This document shows positions 22,600 through 33,600 of a stretch of 64,000 bases of DNA, piece after piece. A model generated the notes under the pieces. The model was not told where the DNA came from. It saw nothing but the letters and a program-made list of their open reading frames with translations, and did no database searches. Both the position numbers and the translations under genes were made by a program. Positions within the stretch are counted from its first letter, which is position 1. Every line of letters starts with the position of its first letter. Where the stretch lies: positions 2,542,001 through 2,606,000 of the forward strand of contig OZ218958.1 of the NCBI GenBank assembly GCA_965112735.1, in the 5' to 3' direction. Source of the stretch: Phaeosaccion multiseriatum. Its lineage: Eukaryota; Protista; Ochrophyta, other classes.

Positions 22600-23485
22600 T
22601 GAAAGGGGCGTCTCTGGCCTGCGGTGGGAAGGACGACGGGTGTTGCCCTAAGGGTGAGGACGAAAAGGAAAGGGCTCTTGTCATGAGAATTGTGTGAGTT
22701 TCAGTGAGAGGGCGTTGAGGGAGAGGGCGTGCCCATGCGGAATGGGGCATCAGCGTGAGGGGGCAGTGGGGTAGGCAGGAGGATCAAGGGTAGAGCAACT
22801 CCCCCCTCCCCCTCAGGGTGTCGAAAAAGGAGGTTTAGTGGTGTAAGTGGCGGCGTGACCTTGCTTTTCCATGAGCATTAATGAAAGTGTTACACACGTG
22901 GAGGCGAAGGAGAGACCCCTTCCCCCCTTTGTTCTGTGGTTCCGTTGCTTGTGACCCCCCTCCAAGGCATGCCATGCTGGCCCCCTGGGTGCTGCCCAAA
23001 ACGCCCCGCATGAACAAAGTTGGGGCTACCGTAGGCAGGGGAGAAGAGGAGGAAGATTTCCACGGTGCGTCCAAGAAGGTAGAGACGGAAGGCAACAGAT
23101 GCCCCTCTCCTCTGTTTCCCCACGTCGCGATTAAAATGAATCGGACCTCGGTCCAGGGCTCACTCCACGCCCCTCCCTGCAGTGAAGCTGATGTGAGGGC
23201 GTGCGTCAAGGAGGAAGGGGTGCAGGGCGAGGGACTCACGCCACAGGCGGGAGGCGAGAGGGTCGTCCAGAAATTGGTCGTGGAGTTGTTCCAGGTTCCC
23301 ATTGACATATTTCCCTCCTCCTATCCCACTATTTGATCTCGATCCCAGTCGTCTTTTCCCTCTCCCGCCTCATTACTTTTCCCTCTCCCGCCTCCATCCC
23401 CTCCACTATACTGCGCCTGTCAGACAGCTGTCTGTGCTGCTGCTCTTATCGCGCCTCTCTCTTTCTGCTTTGCTCAGCCGGTAGC

Positions 23486-25934
23486 ATGCAAAGGACCTTC
23501 AGCACTGAGGTAAAGCTCCCTTCCCCCCCTTGTCCCTCACCAGAACGACGCACTCACTCGCTCTGTCTACACATGTCCCCCTCCTACTTTCGCGCTGCTA
23601 CTTTGCTCCTTGTGGCAGGCCACCCTTCTGCGGGAAGCTATCATTAGCGGCCAGAGCGTCAAAAAGGTGGCGGCGGCGGTGAGAGCCCTCGTCGCTAAGA
23701 ACGGAGGGAGGAAGGCATGCTTGGACGAGCCCTTCGATGAGAGCGGATGGTTTGCCCTGACCAAAGCTATAAATGAAGGCAGGGGTGACATCATGGCTCT
23801 TCTGCTGCAAGAGGGGGCGTCGCCGAATGCTGTAAATCGTGTGCTCGGGGGGACTGTGTTAATGTTCGCATGTACTGTAAAGGATGCTGCTGCTGTTGTA
23901 CCACGGCTTCTCTCTGCTGGTGCGGACGTCAATGCAGTAGCGATAGAAGGACATACGGCTCTCATGGTGGCCTCCCTGCTAGGGACCGTGGTGGTGGTGC
24001 GCAAGCTGCTCTCCGCCGGTGCCAGTGTGGACTTGGTTGACAGTGCAGGTCGTACTGCGTTGGTCTGTTCGGCACAGGAAGGGCACCATGCAGTGGTCCA
24101 GCAGCTGCTGTCAGCCGGTGCGGAGGTCGACAAGGCAGATTCGGAAGGCTTTACGGCCTTGATATGGGCCTCTGAGAAAGGACATCATGCGGTGGTACAG
24201 CAGCTGCTGTCGGCAGGTGCAGAGGTGGACTGGGCAACGATACAGTGGCGTACATCCCTCCATTCAGCTTCATTTGCAGGACATGAAAGAGTGGTCCAGC
24301 AGCTTCTGTCAGCCGGCGCGGAGGTCGACAAGGCAGATTCGGAGGGCTTTACGGCCTTGATCGCAGCCTCTGAGAAAGGACATCATGCGGTGGTACAGCA
24401 GCTGCTATCGGCAGGTGCAGAGGTGGACTGGGCAACGACAGAGGGGCGTACATCCCTCTATCAAGCCTCATTTGCAGGACATGAAAGAGTGGTCCAGCAG
24501 CTGCTGTCAGCCGGTGCGGAGGTCGACAAGGCAGATTCGGAAGGTTTTACGGCCTTGGTATTGGCCTCTCAGGAAGGACATCATGCGGTGGTACAGCAGC
24601 TGCTATCGGCAGGTGCAGAGGTGGACTGGGCAACGACAGAGGGGCGTACATCCCTCTATCAAGCCTCATTTGAAGGACATGAAAGAGTGGTCCAGCAGCT
24701 GCTGTCAGTCGGTGCGGAGGTCGACAAGGCAGATTCGGAAGGCTTTACGGCCTTGGTATTGGCCTCTCAGGAAGGACATCATGCGGTGGTACAGCAGCTG
24801 CTATCGGCAGGTGCAGAGGTGGACTGGGCAACGACAAACGGGAGTACATCCCTCCATTTCGCCTCATTTGCAGGACATGAAAGAGTGGTCCAGCAGCTGC
24901 TGTCAGCCGGCGCGGAGGTCGACAAGGCAGATGCAGTACGCTTTACGGCCTTGATCGCAGCCTCTGAGAAAGGACATCATGCGGTGGTACAGCAGCTGCT
25001 ATCGGCAGGTGCAGAGGTGGACTGGGCAACGATACAGGGGCGTACATCCCTCTATCAACCCTCATTTGAAGGACATGAAAGAGTGGTCCAGCAGCTGCTG
25101 TCAGCCGGTGCGGAGGTCGACAAGGCAGATTCGGAAGGCTCTACGGCCTTGATCGCAGCCTCTGAGAAAGGACATCTTGCGGTGGTACGGCATCTGCTGT
25201 CGGCCGGCGCTGATCCCAACCACTTGGATGACAGAGATGGTCGCACCGCCCTGTACATGGCCGCACAAAACGGTCACCACAGGGTCACGCAGCTGCTCCT
25301 CACCTCCGGCGCGGAACTCGAAAGCCGTAATGGTGTGCACGGGATAAGTGCGTTGATGGGAGCGTCGATGGAAGGGCACAGAAGCATTGTGCGGAAGCTG
25401 CTCAGGGCTGGTGCAGAGGTGAATGCGATGAGCGGCGATGGGGTTGGAGCGATACACTTGGCAGCTGCAAGGGGCCATGCTCGTATCGTGGAGGAGCTCA
25501 TCTCAGCAGGTGCTGACGTGGAGGTGGTGAATGCTAATGGGCGCACAGCTTTGTTGCTGGTTGCTGTTAAAGAGGGTCATGGGGCAGTGATCCGTGTGCT
25601 CCTGTCTGCGGGGGCTGATCCTGACCATGAGGGCACTATCAACGCTGGAACGCCCTTGTTTTGTGCAGCACAGCAGGGCCACAGCGGGGCGGCGCTGGAG
25701 CTTCTCTCAGGAGGGGCCTCACTGGCAAAGGCTCTGACAACAGCACAAGAGCATCGCGATGAAGCATCTGTTGAATTCCTCCTGGCCGCGGACAGACATC
25801 TCTTTGCGTCACAAAGCGCGTTGGACCTGATGCGGGGCACTGACCGTCTGTTCGGCAAGGAAGGGAGGCTGAAGGTGTCTCAGAGAGAGGTTAGCCCTGA
25901 GGTGCTGCAGGAGGTGGCGGAGGAGATGGCATGA
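23486..25934 (+). CDS. Tandem ankyrin-repeat protein, paralogue 2 (11 conserved units)
   Basis: Same two-exon structure as paralogue 1. ORF 23610..25934. Units span 24126-25214. Confidence 0.92.
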
Positions 25935-26819
25935 TGAAAGGGGCGTCTCTGACCTGCGGTGGGAAGGACGACGGGTGTTGCCCTAAGGGTGAGGACGAAA
26001 AGGAAAGGGCTCTTGTCATGAGAATTGTGTGAGTTTCAGTGAGAGGGCGTTGAGGGAGAGGGCGTGCCCATGCGGAATGGGGCATCAGCGTGAGGGGGCA
26101 GTGGGGTAGGGAAGAGGATCAAGGGGAGAGCAACTCCCCCCTCCCCCTCAGGGTGTCGAAAAAGGAGGTTTCGTGGTGGAAGTGGCGGCGTGACCTTGCT
26201 TTTCCATGAGCACCAATGAAAGAGTTACACACGTGGAGGCGAAGGAGAGACCTTTCCCCCCTTTGTTCTGTGGTTCCGTTGCTTGTGACCCCCCTCCAAG
26301 GCATGCCATGCTGGCCCCCTGGGTGCTGCCCAAAACGCCCCGCATGAACAAAGTTGGGGCTACCGTAGGCAGGGGAGAAGAGGAGGAAGATTTCCACGGT
26401 GCGTCCAAGAAGGTAGAGACGGAAGGCAACAGATGCCCCTCTCCTCTGTTTCCCCACGTCGCGATTAAAATGAATCGGACCTCGGTCCAGGGCTCACTCC
26501 ACGCCCCTCCCTGCAGTGAAGCTGATGTGAGGGCGTGCGTCAAGGAGGAAGGGGTGCAGGGCGAGGGACTCACGCCACAGGCGAGAGGCGAGAGGGTCGT
26601 CCAGAAATTGGTCGTGGAGTTGTTCCAGGTTCCCATTGACATATTTCCCTCCTCCTCCACCATTTGATGATCGCAGTTTTGCCAGTTTTTCGTCATTTCA
26701 GTCTTTTCCCTCTCCCTCCTCCAGCCCCTCCACTATACTGCGCCAGTCAGACAGTTCACAGCTATCTGTGTCGCTGCTCTTACCGCGCCTCTCTCTTTCT
26801 GCTTTGCTCAGCCGGTACC

Positions 26820-29800
26820 ATGCAAAGGACCTTCAGCACTGAGGTAAAGCTCCCTTCCCCCCCTTGTCCCTCACCAGAACGACGCACTCACTCGCTCTGT
26901 CTATACATGTCCCCCTCCTACTTTCCCGCTGTTACTTTTCCCCTTGTGGCAGGCCACCCTTCTGCGGGAAGCCATCATAAGTGGCCAGAGCGTCAAAAAG
27001 GTGAAAGCGGCGGTGAGAGCCCTCGTCGCTAAGAACGGAGGGAGGATGGCATGCTTGGACGAGCCCTTCGATGAGGGCGGATGTTTTGCCCTGACCGAAG
27101 CTATAAATCAAGGCAGGGGTGACATCATGGCTCTTCTGCTGCAAGAGGGGGCGTCGCCGAATGCTGTAAATCGTGTGGTCGGGTTGACTGTGTTGATGTT
27201 CGCATGTAGTGTAAAGGATGCTGCTGCTGTTGTACCACGGCTTCTCTCTGCTGGTGTGGACGCCAATGCAGTAGCGACAGACGGACGTACGGCTCTCATG
27301 GTGGCCTCCCTGGAAGGGACCGTGGTGGTGGTGCACAAGCTGCTCTCCGCCGGTGCCAGTGTGGACTTGGTTGACAGTGCAGGTCGTACTGCGTTGGTCC
27401 TTTCGGCACAGGAAGGGCACCATGCAGTGGTCCAGCAGCTGCTGTCAGCCGGCGCGGAGGTCGACAAGGCAGATTCGGAGGGCTTTACGGCCTTGATCGC
27501 AGCCTCCCAGAAAGGATATCATGCGGTGGTACAGCAGCTGCTATCGGCAGGTGCAGAGGTGGACTGGGCAACGACACTGGGGCGTACATCCCTCCATTTC
27601 GCCTCACATGAAGGACATGAAAGAGTGGTCCAGCAGCTGCTGTCAGCCGGCGCGGAGGTCGACAAGGCAGATGCGGGACGCTTCACGGCCTTCATCGCAG
27701 CCTCTGAGAAAGGACATCATGCGGTGGTACAGCAGCTGCTATCGGCAGGTGCGTGCGTGCGTGCAGAGGTGGACTGTGCAGCGATAAAGGGGCGTACATC
27801 CCTCTTAACAGCCTCACAATATGGACATGAAAGAGTGGTCAAGCAGCTGCTATCAGCCGGTGCGGAGGTCGACAAGGCAGATTCGAGAGGCTTTACGGCC
27901 TTGGCATTGGCCTCTCAGAAAGGACATCATGCGGTGGTACAGCAGCTGCTATCGGCAGGTGCAGAGGTGGACTGGGCAACGACAGAGGGGCGTACATCCC
28001 TCTTTACAGCCTCATTTGCAGGACATGAAAGAGTGGTCCAGCAGCTGCTGTCAGCCGGTGCGGAGGTCGACAAGGTAAATTCGAAAGGCTTTACGGCCTT
28101 GGTATTGGCCTCTCAGGAAGGACATCATGCGGTGGTACAGCAGCTGCTATCGGCAGGTGCAGAGGTGGACTGGGCAACGATACAGTGGCGTACATCCCTC
28201 CATTCAGCTTCATTTGCAGGACATGAAAGAGTGGTCCAGCAGCTTCTGTCAGCCGGCGCGGAGGTCGACAAGGCAGATTCGGAAGGCTTTACGGCCTTGG
28301 TATTGGCCTCTGCGGAAGGACATCATGCGGTGGTACAGCAGCTGCTATCGGCAGGTGCAGAGGTGGACTGGGCAACGACAAACGGGAGTACATCCCTCCA
28401 TTTCGCCTCATTTGTAGGACATGAAAGAGTGGTCCAGCAGCTGCTGTCAGCCGGCGCGGAGGTCGACAAGGCAGATGCAGTACGCTTTATGGCCTTGATC
28501 GCAGCCTCTGAGAAAGGACATCATGCGGTGGTACAGCAGCTTCTATCGGCAGGTGCAGAGGTGGATTGGGCAACGACAGAGGGGCGTACATCCCTCTTAA
28601 CAGCCTCACTTGCAGGACATGAAAGAGTGGTCCAGCAGCTGCTGTCAGCCGGTGCGGAGGTCGACAAGGCAGATTCGAGAGGCTTTACGGCCTTGGTATT
28701 GGCCTCTGAGAAGGGACATCATGCGGTGGTACAGCAGCTGCTATCGGCAGGTGCAGAGGTGGACTGTGCAGCGATAAAGGGGCGTACATCCCTCCATTTC
28801 GCCTCACTTGCAGGACATGAAAGAGTGGTCCAGCAGCTGCTGTCAGCCGGTGCGGAGGTCGACAAGGCAGATGCGGAGGGCTATACGGCCTTGATCGCAG
28901 CCTCTGAGAAAGGACATCTTGCGGTGGTACAGCAGCTGCTATCGGCAGGTGCAGAGGTGGACTGGGCAACGACAGAGGGGCGTACATCCCTCTTTACAGC
29001 CTCACTTGCAGGACATGAAAGAGTGGTCCAGCAGCTGCTGTCAGCCGGTGCGGAGGTCGACAAGGCAGATTCGAAAGGCTCTACGGCCTTGATCGCAGCC
29101 TCTGAGAAAGGACATCTTGCGGTGGTACGGCATCTGCTATCGGCCGGCGCTGATCCCAACCATGACAGAAGTACAAGTCTTGCCCTCTATGGTGCAAGCC
29201 AAAATGGGCATGGCCTTGTGGTGGATCAGCTCATCGCAGCCGGCGCGGAACTCGAAAGCCGTAGTGGTGTGCTCGGGAGAAGTGCGTTGATGGGAGCGTC
29301 TATGGCAGGGCACAGAAGTATTGTGCGGAAGCTGCTCAGGGCTGGTGCAGAGGTGAATGCGATGAGTGGCGGCGGTTATGGAGCGATACACTTGGCATCT
29401 CAGGAAGGCCATGCTCGTGTCGTGGAGGAGCTCATCTCAGCAGGTGCTGACGTGGAGGTAGTGAATGCTGATAGGGGCACAGCTTTGCAGCTGGCTGCTG
29501 ATAGTATAGAGGGTCATGAGGCAGTGATCCGTGTGCTCCTGTCTGCGGGGGCTGATCCTGACCATGAGGGCACTATCAACGCTGGAACGCCCTTGTTTTG
29601 TGCAGCACGGCAGGGCCACAGCGGGGCGGCGCTGGAGCTTCTCTCAGGAGGGGCCTCACTGGCAAAGGCTCTGACAACAGCACAAGAGCATCGCAATGAA
29701 GCATCTGTTGAATTCCTCCTGGCCGCGGACAGACATCTCTTTGCGTCACAAAGCGCGTTGGACCTGATGCGGGGCACTGACCGTCTGTTCGGCAAGGAAG

Positions 29801-29871
29801 GGAGGCTGAAGGTGTCTCAGAGAGAGGTTAGCCCAGAGGTGCTGCAGGAGGTAGCGGAGGAGGTGGCATGA
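26820..29871 (+). CDS. Tandem ankyrin-repeat protein, paralogue 3 (17 conserved units)
   Basis: Same two-exon structure. ORF 26944..29871. Units span 27460-29154 and include a 12-bp insertion. Confidence 0.92.
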
Positions 29872-30681
29872 TGAAAGGGGCGTCTCTCGCCTGCGGTGGG
29901 AAGGACGACGGGGGTGAGGACGAAAAGGAAGGGGCTCTTGTCATGAGAATTGTGTGAGTTTCAGTGAGAGGGCGTTGAGGGAGAGGGCGTGCCCATGCGG
30001 AATGGGGCATCAGCGTGAGGGGGCAGTGGGGTAGGCAGGAGGATCAAGGGTAGAGCAACTCCCCCCTCCCCCCCAGGGTGTCAAAAAGGAGGTTTCGTGG
30101 TGGAAGTGGCGGCGTGACCTTGCTTTTCCATGAGCACCAATGAAAGAGTTACACACATGGAGCGGAGGAAGAAACCCTCCCCCCTTTGTTCTGTGGTTCC
30201 GTTGCTTGTGACCCCCCTCCAAGGCATGCCATGCTGCTCCCCTGGGTGCTGCCCCCAACGCCCCGCATGAACAAAGTTGGGGGCAAGGTAGTGAGGAAGG
30301 TGATTGAAGGTAAGCAACATCATCAGTATCCCCTTCTTCTCCTCCCCCTTCTTAGTGAGGAGCTTGGAGGGGACTGTAGACTATTTGACAGCTGCAAAGA
30401 GTGGAGTTGAGAAGGGGCGCCACTGCCCTGGCTCACACGATGACAAACAGCTCTCCCCTCCCCCTCGGCTTTCCTGGCGCGTACTTCCCTCCTGTTTGGA
30501 GGGAGCCTTGGGTGTGGTGTGCTGCGTGTATTGACTGACGTATGTGGGAGGCCATGCCCTCTCCCTATGGCTTCGAATCGTACCCGCAAGCGCAATCCCA
30601 CCCTACAAGCTCAAGCGATCGTTTGGGATAAAACTTAACATTAGCTTATTTGATAGTAACATAAGCAAAATTGAGAAGGAT

Positions 30682-33600
30682 TCACGTGACATATACTTGA
30701 GCCCCTTCCTCAGCCCCGTCGCTCCTCTTCTGTGTGTTGCTTCCCTCCGTCATGAGGCGCTTAATCTTGGTCTCGAGATTGAAAATCGCCCTCTCCAAGT
30801 CCGCCTGCTGCCGCTGCTTGGCCATCTGTGAGCTGCTGCTGTTGGTGGTACTGCTGCCATCAGCGCTGCTGCTGTCGATGCTGCCACTCCCGCCCCCACC
30901 AGTCCCAGGGGAAACGCTGCTGCTGCTGCTACTACTGCTGCTGCTGCTTCGTCTCCTCAGCAGAGAGCGGCCCTTCTTTTTGCCGCTGCCGTTCTTCTTC
31001 TGCTGCTCCTGCAACAGTTGGTCCTCCGCCGCTGCCGCCTCGTCTTCGCTCTCCCTCTGCCTCATCTGCCGCTCTCGAAGGTGCACCAGCTGCCGTGAGA
31101 GCTGGTTGATGAGCAGCTTCCGAGACGCCTCAGAGGAGTCTGCAACCCCCGCCCCGACAGCACCAGCAGCACCAGCACCAGCACCAGCACCAGTACCAGC
31201 ACCAGCACCAGCACCAGCACCAGCATCAGTACCAGCAGCAGTGGCTCCCTCACTCTCTTGGTCTTGCCCTCGCGCACCACCACTAACACTACTATTACCA
31301 CCACCTCCGCGGTGGGCGCTGTCGGAGGAGGAGAGAGCAGACTGAGCAGCATGCTCGGCACGAAGCCCCGACTTCCCGTCCAAAGGGGGGTGTGTACGCG
31401 TTGACTGCCATCTGGTGGGGCTGCCCTCCCCCTCCCCCTTGCTGCTGTGGCTGGTGCTCTTGCCACCCCCCAGCTTTCGCTGATGCTGTTCCTGCTGGCC
31501 CCCCTGGGCGGTGCCCCCTTCTTCCTCCTCCTCTTCCTCCTCCACAGCCGCCACAGCCGCCACAGCTCGTGCGTCTCCCTTTTTTCGAACCTCGGCCACG
31601 AGCACCTGTGTGGGAGGGCAATGGATGGACAGTTCAGTTGAAGATAAGAGTTCATTACCCGGCGATTCAAAAGATCGATCCATAACATCGGCCCTAAAGT
31701 CGACATCGCATGCTTCTGGGCCACACAGCTTGTGCCTCTTCTCTTCTGAGGGACGCACAGAGGTGAAAGTGTCTTGAGCTCAAGTTGGACATTTAAGAGG
31801 GTTTTCATAGGGGCAAAGGGCTGTCCATCCATGCATGCATCCATCCATGCATCCATGCATCCACCCATCCATCCATCCATGCATCCATGCATCCATCCAT
31901 GCATCCATGCATCCATCCATCTATCCACCCACCCACCCATCCATCCATCTATCCATCCATCCATCCATGCATCCATCCATCCATCCATCCATCCATCCAT
32001 CTGGGGCCGTGTAGTACGCTTACCTTCTTCTCCGCCTTGAGCCGCTGGAGTTTGACTTCGTAGTCTGCCTGCAGGTTGGTCTGCTGCGCCCTCTCCTCCT
32101 CCAGCTTCGCCAGCCTGTGAGACATGGTGCGCTGCATCATGCGCGCCTCCTCCGCCTCCGACCTGACCACACATGATACGCACGCACCCACATATAGAGA
32201 AGGGGGGGAGGGAGTGTGAGAGGGGCCGGGAGGCGGAGAGAGTGAGGGAAGCGCTGTTAACACGTGTAAACTTATGCGGTACCGTATGTGAGCAGTACGT
32301 CCCGGTGTTATCCAAGACATACGACGGCAGCTTTCGCCGCCTCCCCCTGTCTCTCTCCCCTTTACCTCTGCCTGCCTGCCTGCCTGTCTGCCTGCCAGCC
32401 AGTCTGTCTCCCTGGTAGCTCGTCTACCCATACGCCTCTCTCTGCCTCTGGGCCCCTCTGTTTGTCTACCTTAACGTCAGTTCGTGCGCCCATATGCCTC
32501 TCTCTGCATGCCTGTATGCCCATATGCCTCTCCCTGCCTCTATGCCCATATGCATCTCTGCCGCTATGCCCATATGCCTCTCTCTGCCTACCGCTATGCC
32601 CATATGCCTCTCTCTCTGCCTGCCGCTATGCCCAGATGCCTCTCTGCCGCTATGCCCATATGCCTCTGTCGCTATGCCCATATGCCTCTGCCGCTATGCC
32701 CATATGCCTCTCTTTGCCTGCCTCTATGCCCATATGCCTCTCTCTGCCGCCATGCCCATATGCCTCTCTCTGCCTGCCTCTATGCCCATATGCCTCTCTC
32801 TACCTGCCTCTATGCCCAGATGCCTCTCTGCCGCTATGCCCATATGCCTCTGCCGTTACGCTCATATGCCTCTCTCTGCCTCTATGCCCGTCGGCCTCTC
32901 TTTCCCGCTGTCTCTCTCTGCCTCTCTCTGTCTCACTCTCTACCTCTCTATCTCTGTCTCTCTATACGTGTCTTTCTGTCTCTGCCCCGCTCTCTGCCTC
33001 TCTCTCTGCCCCGCTGTCTGCCTCTCTCTCTCTGCCTCTCTCTCTGCCCCGCTCTCTGCCTCTCTCTCTCTCTGCCTCTCTCTCTCTGCCTCTCTCTCTC
33101 TCTTCTCTCTCTCTTCTCTCTCTCTGCCTCTCTGGGTACCTCTCTGTGTGCCCCCCCACCTCACCTGGCGCAAGTGATGGCGTCGGCGTCTCTCCTCCTC
33201 TGCACTCTCAGCTCGGAAACAAGCACTCGCTTCTCAGCGGTGAGACGCGCTACTTCAGCCTCGAGATCACACAGCGCCGCCTTACGTAAGGGGACAATGG
33301 CCATACGTAACGGTAGGGGCGGGGGGGGGGGGTGGAGGAGGAGGAAAGAAGAGGCGAGGGCAGGGGGTGGTAAGGGGGGGGGGAGAGGAAGAGTAAAAGA
33401 GAGACAGCAACAGGGACGATTGAGTTCGGTGCGTGCATTTACATATTACTCTCGCTATCTCCCACTCACTCACTCACTCAACCACTCCTTCCCTCCCTCT
33501 CTCACTCACTCACTCACTCACTCACCCACATATCCACTCATCCACTCACTCACCTACCCACCCACCCACTCACTCACTCACTCACCCACCCATCCACTCA

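Larger units (their letters stand above)
19520..30285 (+). repeat. Three-copy tandem segmental duplication (units ~3.9, ~3.3 and ~3.5 kb) including gene and downstream spacer
   Basis: The 5' exon, intron, C-terminus and 3' spacer are near-identical between copies. ATG offsets are 3932 and 3334 bp. The third spacer diverges after ~30285. Confidence 0.95.

Noticed and set aside
20194-29154. 99/198-bp repeats with variable windows read as a CRISPR-like array
   Set aside because: They are in-frame ankyrin codons with only di-residue variation. There are no unique spacers and no cas genes.
19520-30285. Triplication as a pure assembly artefact
   Set aside because: The copies differ in unit number, cassette order, caps and spacer indels far beyond sequencing error. 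Long-read confirmation is still advisable.
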